NCBI GenBank assembly: GCA_963693365.1
Contig: CAVNZM010000014.1
Coordinates: 5,828,001 to 5,892,000, forward strand
From: Amoebidium appalachense
Lineage: Eukaryota; Protista; Ichthyosporea
Direction: 5' to 3'
DNA: 64,000 nt
The position numbers were made by a program, and so were the translations under genes. Shown here piece after piece: positions 1 through 11,081 of the stretch. Numbering within the stretch: the first letter of the stretch is position 1; each line of letters begins with the position of its first letter. The notes under the pieces are model-generated. The model saw only the letters and a list, made by a program, of their open reading frames with translations. It was not told where the DNA came from and did no database searches.

Positions 1-34
1 GGTCTTTGAGGACCTTTGTGAGTTAGCTGGTGAC

Positions 35-697
35 GTGAGTGATAGGGAAAAATTCGAGTTTGCTCGTAAGGCTCTCTCTGTAAACACAGACACTGCACGC
101 ATGTTTGGGGAGCATGATGATGTAGATGAGGTGGTGTTGCATGTTAAACGTCACTTGCTTGCCATGCACGAGGTGAAGTTCAATAAGAGGGATAAAAAGG
201 AGGTGATGGAAGTAGACAAGAAAAAGAAGGAGAGTGGACAGAAGGGGGAAAAAGAGAAAAAAGAGGGTGAACAGCCAGATGCACTCACCATGTTGGTCAA
301 GCAGGTTGCCGAGCTCTCCCAGGCCGTCTTTTCTGGCCGAGGGGGCTTCGGCTTCCGAGGTGGCCGTGGCGGCGACCGGGGTGGACACGGCGGTCGTGGC
401 CGAGGTGGACGTGGAGGACAACAGCAGCAGTTCACCGAGAGGTTTGCCCCTTATCTTGCTCGTGGTGGTGGGCAGGGTAGAGGGAGGGGTGGAAATGGTG
501 GTGAGAGAGGCCGAGGGGGGCAGGGGGGAAGGGGGGGCCGTGGTGCACACGGTGGGCCCCCCCAGCATGACCGGGCTCCCGGTTATGCTTTGCGCCAAGG
601 TTTTGAAGTCCCCCCTGGCCCCTTCTTTGGTGCATGTTACTTTTGTGGCCGGCAAGGGCACTCTGCTGCATATTGCCGTAGTTACAAGAGCTATTGA
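35..697 (+). CDS. gag: Gag C-terminal part, RGG-rich, with zinc knuckle
   Basis: CYFCGRQGHSAAYC fits Cx2Cx4Hx4C. It lies upstream of the pol domains and is probably 5'-incomplete. Confidence 0.85.
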   Translation: MSDREKFEFARKALSVNTDTARMFGEHDDVDEVVLHVKRHLLAMHEVKFNKRDKKEVMEVDKKKKESGQKGEKEKKEGEQPDALTMLVKQVAELSQAVFSGRGGFGFRGGRGGDRGGHGGRGRGGRGGQQQQFTERFAPYLARGGGQGRGRGGNGGERGRGGQGGRGGRGAHGGPPQHDRAPGYALRQGFEVPPGPFFGACYFCGRQGHSAAYCRSYKSY

Positions 698-831
698 GTT
701 CCGGGGGAGGGGGAAGCTGGGGTCACTGAGGGAGGGGGGGGGACAGTATCGGTCCCCCCCAGGTTGCAGAGAACCTTCACCCTCCCCCACCCCAGGTTAA
801 GCTTCCCTTTGCCCCCTCACCGCCCCGATAC

Positions 832-2223
832 GTGTGGGAGCCGGGCATCGTCGTGGGTCCTCAAGACAGCGTCGAGGTGGTATGGCATGAATGTTTGTGG
901 GGTGACTCTACCAAAGGTATGAATGGTGTGAATGTTTTGTGGTTGGGGGAGGTTCCCCAGCCACAAGTGGATGGTCTCAGTGTTTCTTGTCCCAACCCGG
1001 TGTTTGTTCTAACCACACCGGAGGGGGTTTCTGTGCCATTGTTTCCGGGAGGGGGGGGGACACACACGAGTAAAGGGGGAAGGGGGGGGAAGGCACAGAC
1101 ACATAGAAACACACCACCACAACAACATACGACGGTTGCAGACACACCTACACCCACACACACACCCACACATACACCACACACACACACACCACCCACC
1201 CACACATCACACACACACACTCCACCACCACCCACATCACATACACACCCCACCCCACCCGTGCAGGCACCACAGGTAGGTATGTTGCACGTAGGTATCG
1301 AGGGTGTGAGTCTTCGTGGGCAGGGATTGGGAGTGAGTGATGATGTGTTGCTTGAATTGGAGGAGGATTTAGTTGGTTTTAGCCGGCATTATATAGACGT
1401 ATGGTTAGCTGATGGTAAGTTGAAGGCTGTTGCTTTGCTCGATGGAGGGGCTCAGGTTAATTGTGTGCATGCTTCGTTTATTCGTCGTTTTAATCAGGCC
1501 GGGGGGGAAATTCCTATATTAGATGCTTCTAGCACAGCCTTAGGTAGTGCTAATAATAGTAGTATGTCTGTGGAAGGTGTTTGTGTGTTGCCGTGTGAGA
1601 TAGGTGGCCAGGCTATGCATATTGCTTGTTATGTGGTTAAGGATTTAGCTCAAAGTGTTTTGTTGGGAGCCCCATTTTTCCGTAGACATGTGAATGCTTT
1701 GTTTGAACGTACGAATGTTTTAGAATTGCAGTCCGGCGTTAAAATTAAAACCCATGATGGGCTCGACGGTTATCAGTCTGGTGCTAGAACGGTAGCTGAA
1801 GTAGTAATCGAGCCTTATCAGTGCCAAACGGTACGTGTCCGGGCCGGCAATCATGTTAGGATAGGGGATTTAGGGGTTTTTACTCCGAAAACCCCATTTC
1901 AGGAGGTGGCCCAATGGACCCTTAGTAGGGTATGGCCGGATAAGACAATAGAAATAGAATTAGTGAATCCGGGCATCGAGCCTATAGTGATTAGGTCAGG
2001 TGTTTCCGTCGGTAGTTTCACTAATGAGATTGGTAGTATAGAGGTCTCTCTTATTACCCAAAAGGAGGATGCCGGCTCGAAGGGTGACTCAGGAGGAGGG
2101 GGAACAACTTTATTTAACGTTAGCCACCAAAATGTCACCCGACACGATGGGGGGGGGGGACCGGGACAGCACCGGTCCCACTCCCCCGACCCCCAAGAGG
2201 AAGGAGGGTCACCCCGGGTGTGA
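832..2223 (+). CDS. pol: Retropepsin-like aspartic protease plus a possible dUTPase-like beta segment (pol part 1)
   Basis: VALLDGGAQVNCV active-site-like motif and downstream VLLGAPFF motif, followed by beta-rich VVIEPYQCQTVRV...IELVNPGIEPIVIRSGVSVG. The frame changes at G-runs. Confidence 0.75.
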   Translation: MWEPGIVVGPQDSVEVVWHECLWGDSTKGMNGVNVLWLGEVPQPQVDGLSVSCPNPVFVLTTPEGVSVPLFPGGGGTHTSKGGRGGKAQTHRNTPPQQHTTVADTPTPTHTPTHTPHTHTPPTHTSHTHTPPPPTSHTHPTPPVQAPQVGMLHVGIEGVSLRGQGLGVSDDVLLELEEDLVGFSRHYIDVWLADGKLKAVALLDGGAQVNCVHASFIRRFNQAGGEIPILDASSTALGSANNSSMSVEGVCVLPCEIGGQAMHIACYVVKDLAQSVLLGAPFFRRHVNALFERTNVLELQSGVKIKTHDGLDGYQSGARTVAEVVIEPYQCQTVRVRAGNHVRIGDLGVFTPKTPFQEVAQWTLSRVWPDKTIEIELVNPGIEPIVIRSGVSVGSFTNEIGSIEVSLITQKEDAGSKGDSGGGGTTLFNVSHQNVTRHDGGGGPGQHRSHSPDPQEEGGSPRV

Positions 2224-3661
2224 GAATGTGCAGGCAAGGGGGGAGGGTGTTGGTCTAACCCGTGGATCTGACGGGTTAACCAACACCGTGGGGGGCAGGG
2301 TGGCCACAGACCTGGCCCCCCACATACATGCACTAACTCATCAGGAATTGCCCGGGGGCATTGGTGTGCCGGGGGGAGGGGGGGGTGCTAAGGGTGACCG
2401 CCTATATCCGGAGGTACCTCAACCTCACCCCGAGCAGCACCGATGTAATACAGGAGGTGAAATGTTAAGTGGCACTCCGGTGAATAAGGATGCATCCACT
2501 TGTGATGGGGGTAACCCGGAGTTAGTATTGCCGTTTGGTATGAAGGAGGGGGATTGGACGGTAGAACAGAAAAAATTGCTAGCTAAGTTATTTGATAGGA
2601 CTCGGTTTGCATTTCTGGCCGATGATAACGAAGTAGGCTTCGTTAAAGGGTTTGAAATGCAGATCGACACAGGTGATAATAGGCCGGTAGTGATGCCTAG
2701 CTATAGAATGGAGCAGTATAAATTGTCGGATGCGCTAATAATAGTGAGTGATATGTTAAAAAAGGGTCATGTGGAGCATAGTTCGAGTCCGTGGAGAAGT
2801 CCGGTGCTATTGGTTAAGAAGCCCGACGGGTCTTGGCGCCTAGTGAACGATTACAGGGCTCTGAATCGGATCACTAAGGCAGACCAATGGCCTCTCCCTA
2901 ACATAGACGAGCAGCTTTCACAGCTGCACGGCTATACTCACTTTGCTAAACTTGATTTAAAAGCAGCTTTTTGGCAGATAAGGTTGGAGGAGAGCAGCAA
3001 GGAGAAGACTGCCTTTGCACTGGGTGACCAGCTGTTCCAGTACAAGGTGGTGCCGATGGGTTTGCTCTCCTCTCCAGCTATGTTGTGCCGGGTAATGTAT
3101 AAAATTCTCCACCCTCATTTGGATGTATGCCACCCTTATTTGGATGATGTTTTAATTAAAGGTAGGTCATTTGAGGAGTTAGTTAATAATTGTGAAAAAG
3201 TATTTTTAGCTTTGGGTGAGTCTGGTCTTCGTATTAGCGGTAGCAAGACTGTGATTGGTGTGCCGGAGGTTAAGTTTTTAGGTCATATTGTGTCTAGTAA
3301 TGGTCTTTCCCCTGATCCGGAGAAAATCCGGGCCATAGTTGAGTGGCCCCGTCCTCAGACTGTCACTCAACTAAGGCAATTTTTAGGTTTAACTAATTAT
3401 CTTCGTCGTTATATTAAGGACTATAGTATGCTTGCTTTGCCGTTAACTAGTCAGACGGGGGGGGAGAAGAAGAATAGAATAGATTGGAATGTTGATGCTG
3501 TTTCTGCTTTCGAAAAGCTTAAGTTAGCTTTGCAGTCTTCGAGTATGCTTGTTCATCCTGATTTTTCGGCCGGGGGGGGATGTTTAAAGTTCGGTGCGAT
3601 GCAAGTAAGGTTGCTGAGGGGGCCGTGTTATATCAAGTGCAGGAGGGGCAGGATAGAGTGA
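2069..3661 (+). CDS. pol: Reverse transcriptase (pol part 2)
   Basis: SSPWRSPVLLVKKPDGSWRLVNDYRALN, LDLKAAFWQI, VPMGL, YLDD, FLGHIVS, LRQFLGLTNY. Frameshift to RNase H at the G-run near 3572-3579. Confidence 0.95.
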   Translation: MPARRVTQEEGEQLYLTLATKMSPDTMGGGDRDSTGPTPPTPKRKEGHPGCENVQARGEGVGLTRGSDGLTNTVGGRVATDLAPHIHALTHQELPGGIGVPGGGGGAKGDRLYPEVPQPHPEQHRCNTGGEMLSGTPVNKDASTCDGGNPELVLPFGMKEGDWTVEQKKLLAKLFDRTRFAFLADDNEVGFVKGFEMQIDTGDNRPVVMPSYRMEQYKLSDALIIVSDMLKKGHVEHSSSPWRSPVLLVKKPDGSWRLVNDYRALNRITKADQWPLPNIDEQLSQLHGYTHFAKLDLKAAFWQIRLEESSKEKTAFALGDQLFQYKVVPMGLLSSPAMLCRVMYKILHPHLDVCHPYLDDVLIKGRSFEELVNNCEKVFLALGESGLRISGSKTVIGVPEVKFLGHIVSSNGLSPDPEKIRAIVEWPRPQTVTQLRQFLGLTNYLRRYIKDYSMLALPLTSQTGGEKKNRIDWNVDAVSAFEKLKLALQSSSMLVHPDFSAGGGCLKFGAMQVRLLRGPCYIKCRRGRIE

Positions 3662-4041
3662 TTGCTTATGCTAGTCGTTCATTTAGTAAAAGTGAACGTA
3701 GATATAGCAATCCGGAGAGAGAGTCCCATGCTATCTTTTGGGCAGTCTCACAGGCATGGAGGTATATACTCGCAGGCAGGACGTTTGAGGTCTACACCGA
3801 CCACAAGCCCTGCCTAGCCATGGCCGGCACCACTCGTCTGGTCAACGAGAGGATGCAGAAGTGGGCCGCGGCTCTCGGTGAGTTCTCCTATAAATTGTTT
3901 TATGCCAAGGGTGAAACAATGGTCGACTGTGATGCTCTCTCTCGTGCTGCTTATATTTTGTTTGAAGAAGAGAAGGAGGGGGAGGGGGGGGGGATAGTGA
4001 GAGACGGGGGGGGGAGGGGGGGGGAAGGGGGGGGCGAGTGA
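3580..4041 (+). CDS. pol: Ty3/Gypsy RNase H (pol part 3)
   Basis: CDAS, GAVLYQ, IAYASR, ERESHA, YTDHKP, DALSR. Confidence 0.93.
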   Translation: MFKVRCDASKVAEGAVLYQVQEGQDRVIAYASRSFSKSERRYSNPERESHAIFWAVSQAWRYILAGRTFEVYTDHKPCLAMAGTTRLVNERMQKWAAALGEFSYKLFYAKGETMVDCDALSRAAYILFEEEKEGEGGGIVRDGGGRGGEGGGE

Positions 4042-4060
4042 GCAGAAAGGAATAGATGCT

Positions 4061-5923
4061 GTGTCTGTGGATGTGTCTTCTTGGGTTCCGGGGTTGCTTG
4101 CTTATAAGTGTAGGAGAGGGGGGGGGAGGTATTTGTCGGTGTCTGAGGTCGGGACCGAGTCTCATGGCTCGGCCCCTGCCTTAGCACCTACGGCTTTGAT
4201 CTTAGCTCAGGAGGAAGATGTGTTGATTGGTCTGGTTAAGAATTATTTAAAGGGGCCGGTTGATTCGATTAAATTTACAAATAAAAGGCAGATGATTAAG
4301 GTAGCTAAGTTAGCAAAAATGTGTCAGGTAGAGCAGGATTTAGTTTATCATTGTTCTGGGCCAGACGGACACCGAGTTTGGGTCCCGACGGCACTTGTGC
4401 CTGAGGTTTTGCATATGGTGCATGAGCATCCCATGGCTGGTCATTTAGGTGTAAATAGGACGTTGCTTCGTGTTAATCGTTCGTATTTTTGGCCGGGTAT
4501 GAGTAGGGAGGTGAGGGATTATGTGTTGTCATGCATGCATTGTCAGGAAAGGAATGAGAGTCCCCACTCTCGTTCCCGCCCGTCGTTTATTAGGGATTTT
4601 AATGTTCGTATGTTTGAAAGGGTAGCAGTGGATGTGGTCGGTCCTTTTAATTTTACGGTTGAGGGTAACACTGTTCTTGTTACCGTCACCGATGTGGCCA
4701 CTCGTTGGGTTGAAGTTTTTCCTCTCCCCACTGCTAATGCCGTTTTGTTTGCTCGTATTTTTGTGGATGAAATTTGTCTTAGGTTTGGTTGTCCTCGTGT
4801 TTTGTTAACGGATAGGAGTCGTGTGTTTTTAAATCAGTTGGTGTCGGAGGTGTGTAAAATTTTAAGGGTAGCTCATATCACTACGTCTGCATATCACCCT
4901 CAAGCAAATGCCATCTCTGAACGTGTGCATGCAGTGTTTCAGAAGTCCTTTGGCAAAATGGTGGATGTGGAGGCTAATGATTGGGATCATATGTCTAGGT
5001 TTATTGCTCATTCATATAATTCTACCCCTCATGCTGTGACTGGTTTTTCTCCGTTTTATTTGGTCTATGGGCAGGAGGCTATTAGTTTGTTAGATACGGC
5101 ACTTTTGCCGATGGGGGGGGCTGACCGACTAACTTATCCCCACTGGACTGAGTTCCGGGAGCAGCTACTAACCCGGGCCCGGGCTGCACGTGATGCAGCT
5201 CTGGCCCGTACACAGCAGGCACAGGCACGTACAGACGTGTCCACACGTCCGTTACGTGAATTTGCCGAGGGTACTTTAGTTTTAATTAGGGATCATACTA
5301 GGAAGAAGAGATATAAGCAGGAGCAGGAAGGTAAGGGTGAAGGTGAAGGTCTTCGTAAGTATGGTAAGAAATGGTTGCCTCTTTTTATCGGTCCGTATAA
5401 AATAGTGGCTAGGTTAGGTCCGACGGAATATAAGGTGCAGAGGTTAGATAATGAGAGTGATGTTAGATTTTATAATGTAGATGATATAAAGGAATATTAT
5501 GATAGGGCCCTTAGGGTTAAACGGCCGGAGGGCCGTCGAGTGTTAGATGCATTCACCCCCGACTATGACGGGTCGGTGGATGTATCGGAGGCTGCAGTAG
5601 ATAAAATTATGGATAAAAAGGTTATCGAAGGTAAGGAAGGTAAGGTAAATTATTATTTGATTCGTTTTGAGGGAGGTTATCAGGAAGATCAGTGGTTGCC
5701 TGAGTTTCATTTGGATTGCCCGTTTTCTATTCGTGCTTATGAGGCTAGATTAGTGCAGAGGGAGTTGCCTAGTGCTCCCTCTCGGCCAAAGAGAGTTATT
5801 CCTCAGTTTAATCGTGGTGTGAAAAAGTCGGTGGGGGAGGGGGCCGGGGGGGGAGTGATGCAAATACACGTAGACACACGGGGGGAGGGGGAGGGAGGGG
5901 AGGGAGACCGAGGAGGAGTGTGA
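4061..5923 (+). CDS. pol: Integrase with HHCC zinc finger, DDE core, GPY/F motif and C-terminal chromodomain (pol part 4)
   Basis: HEHPMAGHLG...CMHC; VAVDVVGP, LLTDRS, YHPQANAISER; FIGPYKI; chromodomain VDKIMDKK...YYLIRFEGGYQEDQWLPE. Confidence 0.94.
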   Translation: MSVDVSSWVPGLLAYKCRRGGGRYLSVSEVGTESHGSAPALAPTALILAQEEDVLIGLVKNYLKGPVDSIKFTNKRQMIKVAKLAKMCQVEQDLVYHCSGPDGHRVWVPTALVPEVLHMVHEHPMAGHLGVNRTLLRVNRSYFWPGMSREVRDYVLSCMHCQERNESPHSRSRPSFIRDFNVRMFERVAVDVVGPFNFTVEGNTVLVTVTDVATRWVEVFPLPTANAVLFARIFVDEICLRFGCPRVLLTDRSRVFLNQLVSEVCKILRVAHITTSAYHPQANAISERVHAVFQKSFGKMVDVEANDWDHMSRFIAHSYNSTPHAVTGFSPFYLVYGQEAISLLDTALLPMGGADRLTYPHWTEFREQLLTRARAARDAALARTQQAQARTDVSTRPLREFAEGTLVLIRDHTRKKRYKQEQEGKGEGEGLRKYGKKWLPLFIGPYKIVARLGPTEYKVQRLDNESDVRFYNVDDIKEYYDRALRVKRPEGRRVLDAFTPDYDGSVDVSEAAVDKIMDKKVIEGKEGKVNYYLIRFEGGYQEDQWLPEFHLDCPFSIRAYEARLVQRELPSAPSRPKRVIPQFNRGVKKSVGEGAGGGVMQIHVDTRGEGEGGEGDRGGV

Positions 5924-6127
5924 ACGTAGTCGTAGGAATTTAATTTATTATCATAGGTGTCTCCGTAGGTATCAAGCTTATGGTGTAGATTAATTTATTA
6001 TTTTTCTTCGTAATTTATTTAATTTAATTTTTTTTAGGAGACTGATTAGTCTATGTCTTTTTAGGGGGTGTTAGATGTAATGTGACTGAGGTGGGACTCA
6101 GCTTTTCCGGGGGGCCGGGGGGGGAGT

Positions 6128-6800
6128 TGACATATACTAATCCGTCTCAGCAGATTAGCCTAAGTCTACGATCGAGATCGGGGGGGGGGGGGGGGGGGGG
6201 GGTGGCCCGGGTCCACAGATCATCAAGATCAAGTCCGGGGCCTCAAGATAGCTGTACAGCTGCGTGCATCTTGCCTCTGCCGGCGCAGGGCATTGGACCA
6301 CGTCAGCCGGGACAGCCGTCCAATAGAATTCTAATTAGTGTGTAGGATAGATCGTAGGAGGACTTAGGAATGTCATTGTTCGGGCAGAAGCCCTTTTGTA
6401 AGGATTGGCAAGGTTTGATAGTATATGTTGCCAAACGTATTTATATATTTAGATGTAGAGGAAAGGGGGGGAGGGAGGGGGGGGGAGGATAGTATGAAAT
6501 GTAGATTTAGACTCTGCGGTGCCACTAGGGGGAGGGTGAGGGGTGAGACTTGGATAAATATATTAGTTGAGTAGATCGACTTAGCTCGTGCAGGCGCACG
6601 ATAAAAGTAGATCGGAATGTTAATGGAATGTGGCATCGTAGGGGGCCAGGTGATGATGATCTTGTAGGGCACGGCCTTGATGGCCTCAGTCGTAACTTAG
6701 ACTCAATCCGTACGGATCTAAGTTTGCCCGTCGGAGCCTGGTCTTAATAAACTTTACCGTTTTTCTGTACACGTTCGTTCCTTTTCGTGTGTGTACACTT
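6128..6800 (+). repeat. Putative 3' LTR
   Basis: Begins TG right after the purine tract GGGGCCGGGGGGGGAG. Contains AATAAA at 6746-6751. The end is obscured by the fold-back centre, and no 5' LTR is in the window for comparison. Confidence 0.6.
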
Positions 6801-9800
6801 AGTAGAGTGCCGCGTCTCTAGTACACATACTGGGCGGGCCCCCCCCTCCCCCTCCTTCCCCCCCCCCCCCCATGGCCCGCCTCCCCCCCCCCCTCCCCCC
6901 TTTCCTCTACATCTACATATATATACGTTTGGCACATACACTACTCCTTTGGGCCTGCCCGAACTTCCTGTCCTCCTAGTCTCCTCTATATTGAGCTTCC
7001 CGCTAGTGTCCAATGCCTGCGAGAGGGAAGGGGAGGCCCCCCCGGAGGGGCTCCCCCCGGCCCGGAGAGTCAGACAACACCCCTAAAAAGAATAGATAAA
7101 GTCCCCAAAAAAAATTAAAATTAAATAAATACGAAGAAAAATAATAATAATCTACACTAAGCTTGATACCTACGGAGACACTATGATAATAAATTAAATT
7201 CCTACGACTACGTTCACACTCCTCCTCGGTCTCCTCCCCTCATTCCCCCTCCCCCCGTGTGTCTACGTGTATTTGCATCACTCCCCCCCCGGCCCCCTCC
7301 CCCACCAACTTTTTCACACCACGATTAAACTGAGGAATAACTCTTTTGGCCGAGAGGGAGCACTAGGCAACTCCCTCTGCACTAATCTAGCCTCATAAGC
7401 ACGAAAGAAAACGGGCAATCCAAATGAAACTCAGGCAACCACTGATCTTCCTGATAACCTCCTCAAAACGAATTAAATAATAATTTACCTTACCTTCCTT
7501 AACGTCACGGTCGATAACCTTTTTATCCATAATTTTATCTACTAGCCTCCGATACATCCACCGACCCGTCATAGTGGGGGTGAATGCATCTAACACTCGA
7601 CGGCCCTCCGGCCGTTTAACCCTAAGGGCCCTATCATAATATTCCTTTATATCATCTACATTATAAAATCTAACATCACTCTCATTATCTAACCTCTGCA
7701 CCTTATATTCCGTCGGACCTAACCTAGCCACTATTTTATACGGACCGATAAAAAGAGGCAACCATTTCTTACCATACTTACGAAGACCTTCACCTTCACC
7801 CTTACCTTCCTGCTCCTGCTTATATCTCTTTTTCCTAGTATGATCCCTAATTAAAACTAAAGTACCCTCGGCAAATTCACGTAACGGACGTGTGGACACG
7901 TCTGCACGTGTCTGTGCCTGCTGTGTACGGGCCAGAGCTGCATCACGTGCAGCCCGGGCCCGGGTTAGTAGCTGCTCCCGGAACTCAGTCCAGTGGGGAT
8001 AAGTTAGTCGGTCAGCCCCCCCATCGGCAAAAGTGCCGTATCTAACAAACTAATAGCCTCCTGCCCATAGACCAAATAAAACGGAGAAAAACCAGTCACA
8101 GCATGAGGGGTAGAATTATATGAATGAGCAATAAACCTAGACATATGATCCCAATCATTAGCCTCCACATCCACCATTTTGCCAAAGGACTTCTGAAACA
8201 CTGCATGCACACGTTCAGAGATGGCATTTGCTTGAGGGTGATATGCAGACGTAGTGATATGAGCTACCCTTAAAATTTTACACACCTCCGACACCAACTG
8301 ATTTAAAAACACACGACTCCTATCCGTTAACAAAACACGAGGACAACCAAACCTAAGACAAATTTCATCGACAAAAATACGAGCAAACAACACGGCATTA
8401 GCAGTGGGGAGAGGAAAAACTTCAACCCAACGAGTGGCCACATCGGTGACGGTAACAAGAACAGTGTTACCCTCAACCGTAGAACTAAAAGGACCGACCA
8501 CATCCACTGCTACCCTTTCAAACATACGAACATTAAAATCCCTAATAAACGACGGGCGGGAACGAGAGTGGGGACTCTCATTCCTTTCCTGACAATGCAT
8601 GGCATGCATGACAACACATAATCCCTCACCTCCCTACTCATACCCGGCCAAAAATACGAACGATTAACACGAAGCAACGTCCTATTTACACCTAAATGAC
8701 CAGCCATGGGATGCTCATGCACCATATGCAAAACCTCAGGCACAAGTGCCGTCGGGACCCAAACTCGGTGTCCGTCTGGCCCGGAACAATGATAAACTAA
8801 ATCCTGCTCTACCTGACACATTTTTGCTAACTTAGCTACCTTAATCATCTGCCTTTTATTATTAAATTTAATCGAATCAACCGGCCCCTTTAAATAATTC
8901 TTAACCAGACCAATCAACACATCTTCCTCCTGCGCTAAGATCAAAGCCGTAGGTGCTAAGGCAGGGGCCGAGCCATGAGGCTCGGTCCCGACCTCAGACA
9001 CTGACAAATACCTCCCCCCCCTCCCCTACACTTATAAGCAAGCAACCCCGGAACCCAAGAAGACACATCCACAGACACAGCATCTATTCCTTTCTGCTCA
9101 CTCTCCCCCCCCTTCCCCCCCCTCCCCCCCCCGTCTCTCACTATCCCCCCCTCCCCCCTCCTTCTCTTCTTCAAACAAAATATAAGCAGCACGAGAGAGA
9201 GCATCACAGTCAACCATTGTTTCACCCTTGGCATAAAACAATTTATAGGAGAACTCACCGAGAGCCGCGGCCCACTTCTGCATCCTCTCGTTGACCAGAC
9301 GAGTGGTGCCGGCCATGGCTAGGCAGGGCTTGTGGTCGGTGTAGACCTCAAACGTCCTGCCTGCGAGTATATACCTCCATGCCTGTGAGACTGCCCAAAA
9401 GATAGCATGGGACTCTCTCTCCGGATTGCTATATCTACGTTCACTTTTACTAAATGAACGACTAGCATAAGCAATCACTCTATCCTGCCCCTCCTGCACT
9501 TGATATAACACGGCCCCCTCAGCAACCTTACTTGCATCGCACCGAACTTTAAACATCCCCCCCCGGCCGAAAAATCAGGATGAACAAGCATACTCGAAGA
9601 CTGCAAAGCTAACTTAAGCTTTTCGAAAGCAGAAACAGCATCAACATTCCAATCTATTCTATTCTTCTTCTCCCCCCCGTCTGACTAGTTAACGGCAAAG
9701 CAAGCATACTATAGTCCTTAATATAACGACGAAGATAATTAGTTAAACCTAAAAATTGCCTTAGTTGAGTGACAGTCTGAGGACGGGGCCACTCAACTAT

Positions 9801-10751
9801 GGCCCGGATTTTCTCCGGATCAGGGGAAAGACCATTACTAGACACAATATGACCTAAAAACTTAACCTCCGGCACACCAATCACAGTCTTGCTACCGCTA
9901 ATACGAAGACCAGACTCACCCAAAGCTAAAAATACTTTTTCACAATTATTAACTAACTCCTCAAATGACCTACCTTTAATTAAAACATCATCCAAATAAG
10001 GGTGGCATACATCCAAATGAGGGTGGAGAATTTTATACATTACCCGGCACAACATAGCTGGAGAGGAGAGCAAACCCATCGGCACCACCTTGTACTGGAA
10101 CAGCTGGTCACCCAGTGCAAAGGCAGTCTTCTCCTTGCTGCTCTCCTCCAACCTTATCTGCCAAAAAGCTGCTTTTAAATCAAGTTTAGCAAAGTGAGTA
10201 TAGCCGTGCAGCTGTGAAAGCTGCTCGTCTATGTTAGGGAGAGGCCATTGGTCTGCCTTAGTGATCCGATTCAGAGCCCTGTAATCGTTCACTAGGCGCC
10301 AAGACCCGTCGGGCTTCTTAACCAATAGCACCGGACTTCTCCACGGACTCGAACTATGCTCCACATGACCCTTTTTTAACATATCACTCACTATTATTAG
10401 CGCATCCGACAATTTATACTGCTCCATTCTATAGCTAGGCATCACTACCGGCCTATTATCACCTGTGTCGATCTGCATTTCAAACCCTTTAACGAAGCCT
10501 ACTTCGTTATCATCGGCCAGAAATGCAAACCGAGTCCTATCAAATAACTTAGCTAGCAATTTTTTCTGTTCTACCGTCCAATCCCCCTCCTTCATACCAA
10601 ACGGCAATACTAACTCCGGGTTACCCCCATCACAAGTGGATGCATCCTTATTCACCGGAGTGCCACTTAACATTTCACCTCCTGTATTACATCGGTGCTG
10701 CTCGGGGTGAGGTTGAGGTACCTCCGGATATAGGCGGTCACCCCACCCCCC
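6800..10751 (-). mobile_element. Inverted partial copy of the same Gypsy element (RT, RNase H, integrase, degraded LTR)
   Basis: Reverse complement of ~2380-6530. ORFs 9654-10673 (RT), 9098-9556 (RNase H), 8510-9007, 8004-8609 and 7393-7899 (integrase pieces) are nearly identical to copy 1 but frameshifted. Deletions become denser toward 6800. Confidence 0.85.
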
Positions 10752-11081
10752 GAATTCAATTCGGGGGGTGCGGCATGCCAGGAGCTACTACTAGAGAGAA
10801 GGGGGGGGTATGATTGGAGGGGGGGTGTTCAGCTAACCTTATATGGATAAAGCAAAGTTACAAGGATTCAAGCCATTGGTTGGGCAAGACCCCTTTTGCC
10901 GAATATGGATAACAGATCATACACTGCTGTAGGCGGCGGTCAGGAATTGGCGCGCTCTTTACTGGTCACAACCAGTCCGGGAAGGCCATGAGCAGCATTG
11001 CCGAGCACACTGGAATACGGGAATGTTTGCGGTAACGTAGTCGCACTAGGGGGGCAGGGGGCCAGGCCCCAAGTGTTTAAA

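Larger units (their letters stand above)
1..6800 (+). mobile_element. Ty3/Gypsy LTR retrotransposon with chromodomain integrase (chromovirus-type); 5' part lies outside the window
   Basis: Domain order gag(CCHC)-protease-RT-RNase H-integrase-chromodomain, then a purine tract (~6109-6126) and an LTR-like region. The right boundary is approximate. Confidence 0.93.

Noticed and set aside
2069-4061. Programmed frameshifting between the pol ORFs
   Set aside because: The breaks fall in G-runs, run lengths differ between the two copies in places, and similar slips affect host genes, so homopolymer error or decay is the simpler explanation.
6130-6159. ACATATACTAA...AGATTAGC resembles two U6 snRNA segments, relevant because some Dada elements target U6
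   Set aside because: The intervening ACAGAGA box and the rest of U6 are absent. It lies at the LTR start, 4.6 kb from the transposase element.
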